A DNA stretch of 64,000 nt from Rebecca billardiae RCC1528 (lineage: Eukaryota; Protista; Haptophyta), in the NCBI GenBank assembly GCA_965240325.2, contig OZ251225.1, positions 930,001 to 994,000 on the forward strand, in the 5' to 3' direction. The notes below the pieces were generated by a model, which made no database searches, was not told the origin of the DNA, and was given only the letters and a program-made list of their open reading frames with translations. This document shows, piece by piece, positions 33,919-44,051 of this stretch. A program made the position numbers and the translations under genes. Each line of letters begins with the position of its first letter. Position 1 is the stretch's first letter.

Positions 33919-35739
33919 CTAATCAACCGAGCGCAGCCCTCTGAGCGCCTCATCGAGCAGCACCTCGGCGATGCCAGTCGCGCAGTCGTTCACACCGTAC
34001 GAAAAGCGTAGCGCCTCCCTCTTTTCAGAGCTGCTGTAGCTCTTCGAGCGCACATCGCTCCGACCTTGCTTTGCGGCGGTGCGCGGAAGGTGTGCTGGGC
34101 TAATCTGCGTGAGCTCCATGCCGCACACGAACTGGATGCTTTCGCAGTCGTCCGGACGTGACGTCGACGTCTTGAGTGCGGGAAAGCACCACTCGGGACC
34201 AACGCGCCGCACGGCAAAGGGCGGCCGTGCGTCGAGCGTGAGCATCAGCTGCGTGTAGTGGTGGCCCCATAAGGTTGGTTGAGTGCCAGCGAGCTGTGCG
34301 CGAGAGGCAGCGGAGAGATTTGCCACCGAATTGGCCGCTGGCCCCAACGTCATCGTCGACGCGCCAGGTCCGACCTCGTGCCGATGCATCAGCACGAGCA
34401 GCTCGGCGCTGTCTCGCAGAAGGAGCGGCCCGACTGAAAGGTGCAGCCGATGCGAGTACCACTGCTCCAGGTGGGGCGCGCGCGCCGGCACCGCAAAGCG
34501 CCCAACTGCAGTGGCATTGAGGCTGGCAGGAGGCCGCGCAACGCCATCCATGGCGCCGGCAGTCTCGCTCGTTGCACGCGTGGCTGCAGTGGGCATGGCA
34601 AGCTGCTCGGGCCGCACAAGCGGGAGGAGGCGGTGCGGCGGCCCGACATCGGCTGGGCTGAAGCCGAGAAACGCAGGGCCTCCATTGATGGACTGCCCTT
34701 TGACCAGGCTGGCGTTCACGGCGACCATTGCCATCTTGGGGGTCGTCCCTGCGCTCTGACTAAGACCCCACAGCACGTGCATGCGCCCGCGGTACCAGAA
34801 CGGCAGCAGGTTTCGATTCCTTGGGCCTCCTGCCACGCCGAGCGCAGGAGCCAGCTCCTTGGAGACGAACAGGTACCCGCCCAAGCTGTCGGAGAGCAGC
34901 CGCGCGCGCAGGGCACACGTGCCCTCCCGGACGGAAGGTTTTGCGTGGCGCCCGCTGCTCGGTGCGCGCTTTGTGGCGCTCGCGCACTGGAGGTGCAGCG
35001 GCCCGATTGCCATCGTCTCAGCGCCACGCTCGTACCTCTCAAAGGGCTTTCCGCGTTGCTGACACAAGCACGAGGCCCACACCGCACCTGTGCTCGTCCC
35101 CAGGCCGTTGCCGACCTCGCCCCCTGCTGGACCAGGCGGCTCGCGGAGGAGCCGGCAGTCCATGAGAGCGCGGCATCTGTTGATAGACTCCACAGGCCCG
35201 CGCGCCAGCTCACGCATCGACCCGCTGAGCACCGCTACGCCGACCGAAAATCGAGCTCGATGCAGCCCAAAGGGGTCCGCCCAGTCGCTCGAGCCTGCGC
35301 GGCCGGGGTCATTCCTAAGGTCGGCTCGTCTGCACTCGTTGTTGCCCCGTTCGTTGAAGAGCATCACGAAGCGTGCGTCGGGCATACCGAGCTGGAGCCG
35401 CTCCGACGGGAGTAACCGTGCCAGCGGCGAGTTGAACGCGTCGATCAGGTGCTTGCCGCGGGGCGGCTCCGGCTCACGAGCGCCTCGAAGCGTGGGCATC
35501 ACGCGCGGCGCGGTGCAGTCGCTCCCGATGTGCCCGTCCCAAGAGCGATCGCACAGCACAGGCCTGTTCAGCCTCAGCTCGCCAGCGGCAAGCGCTGGAA
35601 CACCAAACATGTACTCGGGCACCCACTCGTGCTGGACTGATGCGCGAGCCGCTGAATTCGCGAGGACGACGAGCTCAAGAGCCATCACCAGAGTCAGCAG
35701 TGGCTGACGACGCAGGCCGTATGTGATGTGAGCGCTCAT
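33919..35739 (-). CDS. Secretory beta-propeller protein (GT91/GH130-like C-terminal motifs), function unknown
   Basis: Hydrophobic N-terminus; MDCRL, RNRNLLPF, LTLDARPPFAV..EWCFP, IQFVCGM, FSYGVNDC. Confidence 0.6.
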   Translation of the reverse strand: MSAHITYGLRRQPLLTLVMALELVVLANSAARASVQHEWVPEYMFGVPALAAGELRLNRPVLCDRSWDGHIGSDCTAPRVMPTLRGAREPEPPRGKHLIDAFNSPLARLLPSERLQLGMPDARFVMLFNERGNNECRRADLRNDPGRAGSSDWADPFGLHRARFSVGVAVLSGSMRELARGPVESINRCRALMDCRLLREPPGPAGGEVGNGLGTSTGAVWASCLCQQRGKPFERYERGAETMAIGPLHLQCASATKRAPSSGRHAKPSVREGTCALRARLLSDSLGGYLFVSKELAPALGVAGGPRNRNLLPFWYRGRMHVLWGLSQSAGTTPKMAMVAVNASLVKGQSINGGPAFLGFSPADVGPPHRLLPLVRPEQLAMPTAATRATSETAGAMDGVARPPASLNATAVGRFAVPARAPHLEQWYSHRLHLSVGPLLLRDSAELLVLMHRHEVGPGASTMTLGPAANSVANLSAASRAQLAGTQPTLWGHHYTQLMLTLDARPPFAVRRVGPEWCFPALKTSTSRPDDCESIQFVCGMELTQISPAHLPRTAAKQGRSDVRSKSYSSSEKREALRFSYGVNDCATGIAEVLLDEALRGLRSVD

Positions 35740-36506
35740 CTCGCTCCTTCGCCTCCACTGGCGAGCCCCACTGGCTCAGGTCGGCTGCAGCCTTATCTAG
35801 GCCGCCTGCAGGCTGCAGCCAAGCATTTTCATCACGCCACCCTTCAAGGCTGTGGAGCCAGGGGCGTTCCCCGCATTGGTCATACGCCAAATTGAACCAC
35901 CTTCCTATTGCAACGAGCTTCCTTCATTTGAAGCGGGTACATTTGAATACGGGAAAAGGCAAAGCCCCCGCAGCGGGGGCTTTGCTTTTCGCGAGCGTGT
36001 GGCAGGATCCCGGGAACCCTTAGGTGGGGGTTTGGTGCGCTGGCTCCGCCGCCATCGAACTTTTTCGAATTTCGAGGCGAGGAGGCTGGTGTGATGAGGA
36101 AAATGATCAGCGATGGCGGCGGCGCGTTGTGCAGCGTTGTCGAGTCTACCAGACAGGCGCCCTCTGAGGGTCGGAGGCGGGGAGGGACGGAGGTTCTGAG
36201 GATGGATGCTCAGCGGCAAGGCGATCGGTCGTAGCCAGTGCGATCTCCGACGACAGCGCACCCGCTACCTCCTGCTGGCGCACGAGCACGTCCTGCATCC
36301 GGCCTTACGCCTTACGGCGTCCGGCCAGCGGTTCATAATAGTGTGCGACACCGCGGTGTAATTTTAAACGCGGAGCGGCGCGACACGCCACGCGCGGCAC
36401 GCGGGCCGGCGACCACTCTCATCATGCCTCAAAGTTATGACTGGCAATCGTCGCACGTCGACCTGTCGCTAGTGTCTGAGACAGAGACTGACGAGTCGGT
36501 CGGTCG

Positions 36507-39500
36507 TCAACTCGCGGGTTTTAAGCTCTGCAGCTCATTGCTCAGCGCGCGCTGCTGCTCCTGCATCGCCTTCTGTTGCTCCTCCATTGCGCGGATCTGC
36601 GCCTCCAGCCGCGCCACTTTGGCCTCCTGCTGCTGCTTCTGCAGCTGCTCATCGCTCTCGCTCTGCGCTGCCCTGGTGGCTGGAGCGGTGTTGCCGGCGG
36701 CAGGCGGCCGAGCGGAAGGCGGCGGCGCGAGCTGCGCCGGGGCAGCGGGGGCTGCGTCCCTGCCCTTCGCGTGGGCGGCGGCGTGTTGCGCGCCTACCGT
36801 CGTCACCTGTGCCGCTGCATCTGGCGGCTGGTAGCCGAAGCCTGCGACACGCGCGCAGCAAGGGTCGCCCAGGCAGTAGGGGACGGGGCAGCCGCGAGGC
36901 ATGAGTGAGTCAGCGGCTGCCGTCGCGTGGTGGCGGCGGCGGGAGCGAGGGGCTTTGCACGCGGCGCGGCCCATCGGCACGAGTACACGACGCGTGGGCG
37001 CACGGGCGCCTGCCACGCGCGCACCGTCGCCAGCCGCCTCCCACTTCACCGCCCACTGCAGCATGGCGCGGTCGCCGCCGCCGACCGACACAACCCTCGC
37101 GTCATCGCCAAGCCAGCACACGTTCTTGACAAACGACGAGTGCCCGTCGTATCGGTGGTACGGCGCGCGGTTGATCACCGCGGGGAAGTTGAACGCGAGC
37201 ACATCGCCGTGGTCGGTCGAGCCCAGGACCACCTGGCCCCTCCGCGCCGGCTTGTCCGGGTCGCGCGGGCCGCCCGTGCCGCGCGAGACGGCGACCACGT
37301 TCATCTTCTCGAGCGCCATGCCCTGCGGGAAGATGCCCATCACCGGGAAGCCGAGGATCGAGCTCCACGTGTCCCACTGCGTGTACTCGCGCTGCGCCTC
37401 GGTGAGCTGCTCGCCCGGCTTGGGCGGCGTCTCGCGCCCCTCCGCCCACAGGTGGAGGTCCCTGAGCTCCTGCTCCGTGCCCGAGCGGCCCCACCAGTAC
37501 AGGTGCTCGTTCGCGGTCGAGTTGGACTGCAGCAGCTTGCCCGTGCGGTCCCAGTCGAGCCGCGTGACCGAGGAGCTGTGCCCGACGCACTTGCCGATGC
37601 GGCGGTACCGCTCGCGCGAGGCGACCGTCGCCTCCGTCCGCGCCAGCTCGGGCGCCACGTCGTACAGGTAGATGAGCTGGTCGTACGAGCCGAGGGCGAG
37701 CGTGCGGCCGGTCGGGCAGTACTTGACGCACGCGATGCCCTGCGATGCGCGGCGCGAGCACGGCGCGGGGCGGGTGGCGCTGGGCTCAGCGCGGCGCGTC
37801 GAACGCGTGACGCGAGCGTGACGCGAGGCGCGCGCGCGCACCTGCTCCTCGAGGATGGGCAGCCCGGTCGCCGAGTTCTTGTTGGACGGCCGACCCGGCG
37901 TGTACTCCTTGGCGTACGCGAGGTGCTGCGTGTTGTACACCTTCCAGCTGCCGGAGGCGAGGCCGATGGCGATCTCGTCGCCCGAGGGCGAGTACGCGAT
38001 GCACGTGGCCTGCTCGTTCTCGATCGAGCGCGTGAGCGTCGGCCTGCGCTGCCGCGCGTCCCACACGAACCACCGCCCCGAGTAGCACGCGGTCGCGTAC
38101 TCGTCCGGCCGCACCGGGTTGGGCGCGACCGCGTCCAGCCGGTCCGAGTGGCCGACCACGACCGGCTCGGGGTCGTTGTCGACCTCGTAGATGTCTGACT
38201 GCGTGGTGCCGACCACGTAAATGTCCGAGCCTGGGTAGCAGTCGAGCGCCTTGATGCCGGGGAGCCGCGGGTCCGGGTCCGCGTGCGGCGGCGCAATCGT
38301 GCGCCGCGAGATGGGCTGGGGCGTGGCGCCCTGCACGTTCCACTCGATGATGGTGCCGTTGAGCGAGCCGCTCAGCAGGCGCGTGCCGTCGGCGCGCAGC
38401 GTGAGCACCGAGAGCGCCGTCTTGTGCGCCTGGCTGTGCCACACGTACTGGGTGTCGCGCCACAGCCAGATCTCGCCCTCCTTCGTGCCGCTCACGCAGT
38501 CGCCATTTGGCAGCCACACGGCGCACTTGTGATGCGAGAGCGAGGGCAGGTCGCCCGTGCCCGTCCTCACCTTGTAGTCGGGCTGGTTGGCGCCCAGGTC
38601 TGTGAAGGTGCCGATCTTCTGCATCTTTGCGCGGTTGTACCGCGCGCTGCCGTCCTTCACCACCTTGGGCAGCTTCCAGAACGAGAGCCACTTCACGCCG
38701 TACGTGCAGAAGTCGTACTTCTGCACCTCCTTGTTCGGGTCGGCGCGCACGTGGTTGTTCCACGAGATGCCAAAGATCATCGGGATGCCGCCGGGCGCGG
38801 GGCCCTTGAGCGACTTGTCCTCCATCAGCTTGGTGGCTGTCGACCAGTGCCACACCGAGATGTGGTGGTCGATGTCGCGCTGGATGCACACGAGCAGCGA
38901 GCCGTCGTGCGAGAACGAGAGCGCCGTCACCGCCGGGTCGCCCTCGTGCTTCTTCAGGTTGAGCCGCTGCAGCTGCTGCATCGAGTTGGCGTCCCAGACG
39001 CACACGAACGGCGGCGCCGCGCCCTTGGACTTCACCTGGCCGGTCGCGACGATCGTCCTGGTCGGGTCGATCGCGAGCGAGACGATGTCGTCGGTGTGCC
39101 CGACGAAGAAGCGCTGCGCCTTCGCCTCCTTGTTGAACACCACACCCACGCCCGCCGTGAAGTACACGATCTCCTTGCTCGCCGTGTAGAAGAGGTTGGG
39201 CGAGGTGACCGCGTCGTCCGCGCGGTACCCGTACGCGTACTCGAGCTCGAGCTTGGCGTCAGGCGGCAGCTTGGACCGCTCGGCGGTCTGCGGGCAGGGC
39301 AGGGGTGCGCGGGGCGCGGCGCGTGGTCAGAGGCTCGCGCGCGGGCACCGATGCCAGCCTCGCCACGGGCGCCCGCGGCGGGCTGCGCGGCCGAACGCGC
39401 GCGCGCCCGGGCAGGACGGGCGCGCGCTGCGTGTGGCGCGCCGCGCCGCGCCGCGCCGCGCCGCGCCGCGCCGCGCACCTCGGCGTCCCAGTCCAGCGGC

Positions 39501-40234
39501 GTGTAGATGGAGGCGAAGGGCGTCTTGTCCACCTTGAACTTGCCGTTGAAAGCGAGCGCGTCGCGACCGCCGTGCCCGCTGAACGCGCCCTTGTGCTGCT
39601 CCGTCCACGCGAGCAGCCGGTTCTGCGAGGTGAAGAGCCGGTTGGTGAACACGTCGTACGGCATCAGCCGGCGCATGTCCTGCCCGTACTTGTCAAACAT
39701 GTACACGACCTCGAGCTCGTCGACGTGCACGCCGAGCGTCTTGAGCGCCTTGCGGAAGCCGTCGCGCGAGATCTTGCCCGTGCCCTCGTAGTCGAAGCAC
39801 TCGAACGTGCGCACCAGGATCGACTTCTCCGTCTCGTGCAAGCCCTCGCGCCGCGCCAGCTCGCGCAGGTTCTTCCGCAGGTCGATCTCGACGCGCTGGA
39901 TCTTGTCGTTGAGCAGCGGCGTCGAGGGGACCAGCGCGCCACCAGTCGACCGGTTCCGATCGGTCAGCGCGCCGCTGCGCCGCCCGGCGAGCGCGCCGCC
40001 ACCGCCGCCGCCACCGCCGCCGGTGGCCACCACATCCTTGCGCGCGAGCACCAGCTTGGTCTGCGCCGGCTCGTCGAGCCGCATGCCCGGGATGTACTTG
40101 TTGGGCACGCCGTGCACCTTGGAGGACCAGAGCGGCGGCCGGCTCGTCTTCAGCTTGGCAGGCACCGTGCGCTCGGCCATCTTCAACGGCCTCTCACGTG
40201 CGGGGCGGCCGCCGCCGCCAGCGTTGTCCACCAT
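36507..40234 (-). CDS. EMAP/EML-family WD40 microtubule-associated protein with an N-terminal EF-hand; introns 39288-39478, 37740-37841, 36842-37024
   Basis: EF-hand FDYEGTGKISRDGF. HELP-like LELEYAYGYR..YFTAGVGVV..QRFFVGHTDDI. Also GHSSSVTRLDW, WDTWSSILGFPVMGIF, YDGHSSFVKNVCW, SVGGGDRAMLQW. C-terminal coiled coil. Confidence 0.9.
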
Positions 40235-40985
40235 GCTGTCGCGTTCAAGCAGCCGTTAAAACCCGCCTGGCCTGATGCCGCTGCGAGAATAAAATATGCG
40301 CGCCACCCAATAAATACAAATTGCTGCTCCGCCCTTTATTCCTTTGCTCCGGGGAGGCAAGACCAAGACCGCGCACACTCGGCGCTCGGCGCACAGTCCG
40401 CACACCGACCGGCCAGGGCGACCACATCCACTATATTTGCACTACGGCATCAACTTGAACAGCCTCGGACCGACGCGGGCAACTACATGATGACCAAGGC
40501 CTGCGACGATTGCAAATACAGCGGCATCCCTGGGCACCCACCTAACCCACTACCTCCGTGTGATCAGCATTGGCGACAGACTCTGACTCTCTCAGTCTCA
40601 CCCACGGGCACGGCCAACGCGCTCCGCGGACATCCTCCGTCTCCTGATCAGTACTTCGACACGACGAATCACGAATCACTAATCAGGAGAGCTGCGCCCT
40701 CGTGCCTAAGTAGTCTTTAAATCATAGAATTAGTCAAGCGCCGCGCGGCATGATACGTCGTTGGCCGAGTGGGTCGTGCCACTCGTGGCCCCGTGTCAGG
40801 ACGTGACTCACAGTCACTACACTCAGTCTCAGGAGTCAGGTGTCTGGTAACTAGTTAAGTGGCGGTAGTAGTAGTAATAATAATTAAAGCCCGCGTATAG
40901 TAATGATCGGCTACGCCGATCTTCGGGTAGTGAACAACGAAGTTGGGGGCGCACGGCCCTAGTGGCTAGTGCTCAGAGTCACCGA

Positions 40986-42288
40986 TCACGCAGCTTGTGA
41001 ATGTGAGCAGCAGCCGCGGCTTGTGACGACACGGTCGGACGGTCGGACGGTGCCGGTGCGGCGGGGGCAGCGGCGGCGCGACGGCGTCGGCGGTGGCGCG
41101 CTCGCACAGCGTCCTGCAGCACGTAAGCGCAGCGTGACTGCGTGTGCAGCAGCGCGCCGCTCAGCTCCCGCCGCTCCACGCCGCCGCAGCGGCGCGCGCG
41201 GCGCGCGCCCGCTTCGGCCGCGGCCGCGCCCGCCACCGTCCGTCGCGCCGCCGCCAGCTGCTGCGCCGTCGGTGACGGCGGCGGGTCGAGTGCGGAGAGG
41301 AGGTGGATGAGCCAGTGCAGCCCGGACTGCGTGACGTCCACGTCCACCACCGCGTCCTCCTTCGCCACCGCCATCTCCTCCGCCCGCCCCGCCCCCCAGC
41401 GGCGGTCCCACCACCCAGGCGGCGACCGGCCCGGCGCGCGCTGCGGGCGCCCGCGCGCCGCCGCTGCCGTCGGCGGCGGCGATCGCGGCGGCGAGCGGCG
41501 ATCGCGGCAGCCCGTCGGGCGGCGGCGGCGGCGCGCCGCCGCCCTCCGCTCCGCCCTCCGACGCCGCCCTCCGACGCCGCCCTCCGACGCCGCCCTCCGA
41601 CGCCGCCCTCCGACGCCGCCCTCCGACGCCGCCGCCTCCGATCCGCCCCGCCGCCGCCGGGCGACTGCGCTCGGATGACGAACCGGCTGGGCGGCAGCGA
41701 CCAGCCGCGTGGGCGGCGTGACGCGACGCGCTCTCCGCCGCTGACGGAGGAGTTGACGGAGGTCGTGCGCGCGAGGTCGGCGGCGGTGTGCGCGGCGGCG
41801 CTGGGCGAGTGCGCCAGCCTCTCGGGCAGCACATGCCCCGCCGCGCGCCCGCCGCCGCCCAGGCTCCCGCGCTCGGCCTCGCGCCGCACCGCCGCGCGGT
41901 CCGAGTGCAGACGCCTGTCGACCGGATAGGTCAGATTTGCGACGCAGCCTGCGGAGAGGGTGGCGCATGCGGCGGGCTCGGCGGGGTCGAGCGCGCAGTG
42001 CGCGATCACCTCGAGCAGCAGCTGCGCCACCCCGTACGCGCGCAGCATCGGCGCGTCCGGTCGCATCACCCGTGCAGTCCGGTCGCCAGCAAGCCGCGGA
42101 GCCGCGGCGGCGGCGGCACGCGGGCGGCCGCCGCCGGCGAGGGTGAGGACGGACATGCCATTCGGCGCACCTCCCTCGACTGCGCCGCCACCATCGCCCT
42201 CGCTCCCTTCAGCCGCCTCCCCCGACGCCTCCGCCTCCGCCTCCGCCGCACCGACGCCGCCGCACCCGTGCCGTTGGATCGTCGTCAC
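40986..42288 (-). CDS. Hypothetical protein; frame interrupted around a 13-bp minisatellite (intron or pseudogene)
   Basis: Coding-like segments VMRPDAPMLRAYGVAQLLLEVIAHCALD and SGLHWLIHLLSALD..LLHTQSRCAYVLQDAV lie in different frames. Confidence 0.35.
41551..41628 (+). repeat. Minisatellite (CCGCCCTCCGACG) x6
   Basis: Six perfect 13-bp units with degenerate flanking units. Confidence 0.92.
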
Positions 42289-42338
42289 CGAGCCGTCACG
42301 CGCAACTTTCCGTGCCGATCATCATTATTGATCAGAGT

Positions 42339-43129
42339 CTGTCCAGGACAGCGTATTGATGGTGCAAGAAAACCTAGAGCCCCGACCGTTACACGGGTAT
42401 ATTAGGTCTCAGCGGCATGATGGGCATCCGGCGAATAAGTCATTCTGGGTCTCCCTGACACCATGATACAGGCCCAACACCTTCAGGGACCTGAGCATCA
42501 CCCTGGGACCTAATATTGCAGTCTGAAGTTGGGTGGGTCACTCTCGACGACGGCACGGCGGACGGTCGTGATGCACGCGGGACAGCACATCAGGGGCATT
42601 CGGTGCACTAGCGAGGGTGGCATACGATGTCATCCCAACGTATGCATCCGTAGTATACTTGCCCGGCCCCAGGCGCCCTGTCATCCGGCACAATGTCACG
42701 TGCGCGGGCTTCACGCGGTCGTGATCGCGGGGTTCAACATGCTGTTCCGAACGAGCGCACGCACGCGCGCCGGCGCGAGGCTAGCGAGAGGAATGCACCC
42801 CTCGCGTGCTCGCGCGGGCAAACGCACTTCGAGAGCATCCCACAGGCGCCAAGAACTTCCTCCGATGGCGATGCGCAAGCCGCTAGCCCCCACAAGCGCG
42901 GGGCGAACCACGCCGCAGGGCGGTGTCGCCGCTTCCCGCGCTGGGCCGGGGCTCTAGGTTTTCTTGCAACGTCAATACACCCATTTGAATCAGAGAGCTC
43001 TTATTGATCGCAGATAGAGCACAAACGCGTCGATTCATACCCGCATTGGCTTTGAATCAGTTGGCAATACGGGGTGAGGAATCTTGAATCCCGTGATTAT
43101 TGACCTTTCCGCTCAGGCTGTCCAGGACA
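42339..43129. mobile_element. Putative non-autonomous element: 37-bp inverted repeats (42351-42387 / 42944-42980) inside 12-bp direct repeats CTGTCCAGGACA
   Basis: IR GYGTATTGAYGKTGCAAGAAAACCTAGAGCCCCGRCC with 4 mismatches. DRs at 42339-42350 and 43118-43129. Confidence 0.6.
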
Positions 43130-43787
43130 CACTCACCACACTATTCTAGCGCAGTTCTCTTAAGAGAAGAGGGATGCGTCTAATCTAAAACGCTGTTTTT
43201 CAGAAGCGCGTGAATCAAAGCTGACGACCCAACCTATCGTTTCTATGCGGTTGGCGAGCTGTTTCAGGCTCTTACAATTCAGGCATCTTACTATGACGGA
43301 ATGTTCTAACACACGGCTGGTGTTATGTGCTATTCCACCCTGCATTCCCCTAAGTGTTACTATCGTTAAAATTAGCATCTACTACAAACGCAATCATTGC
43401 GGCAGCGATATCCACTCATACGCGGTGGCCACCTACCGAAAAATCCCCAAAATCCTGCGCGCATCCTCTTTTTGATTTTGCGGAGCACGTGCGCCGCCCC
43501 CCCCCGGCTTTCGCTCACGCTCAGACCTTTCGGGGGGGGGCCGTGCGCCATAACTAACGTCTTCAATGGTGACGAAGACTTCCGGACGGTCTCGCCTCTA
43601 GGATGACGAGCATGGCTCGGAAGTGTCACTCGCAACGACATCACATGCGCATATATATATATATATATATATATCGTCAGTATTCGCGCGCAGACCGAGT
43701 CACGTATTCAACGGCGTGCGCGGCCCGCGATGTGCCGCAACTGACGACGTCGCTGGCGGGGCCATAAGCTCGGCGTGAGCTGCGTAC

Positions 43788-43872
43788 AGTTTACTAAGAA
43801 TAAGAGACGCACACAGCTCAGGCAGGCGAGATTGACGCCCGCCAACTGTCACCGCCCATGAAGCCGTCGCCG
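43788..43872 (-). repeat. 85-bp dispersed repeat (copy of 6320-6404)
   Basis: Identical reverse complement. Confidence 0.9.
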
Positions 43873-44051
43873 CCGTCGCAGTAGCCTGCAGTGACTGTAG
43901 CCGGCGGTCCGCGCGCGGCCGGCGGCGGCCGGCCCGCGGCGATGAGGGAGCAGCGCAGAGCTCTGCCAGTGACTCGAGCGCGCGCGCGCATCCGCCCCGA
44001 GCGTGTTCGGGCACCGTGCTCAATTCCCAGCGAGAGCCGAGAGCCTCCCCC

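Noticed and set aside
41551-41628. Tandem repeat considered as a CRISPR array
   Set aside because: No spacers, a 13-bp unit, a eukaryotic context and no cas genes.
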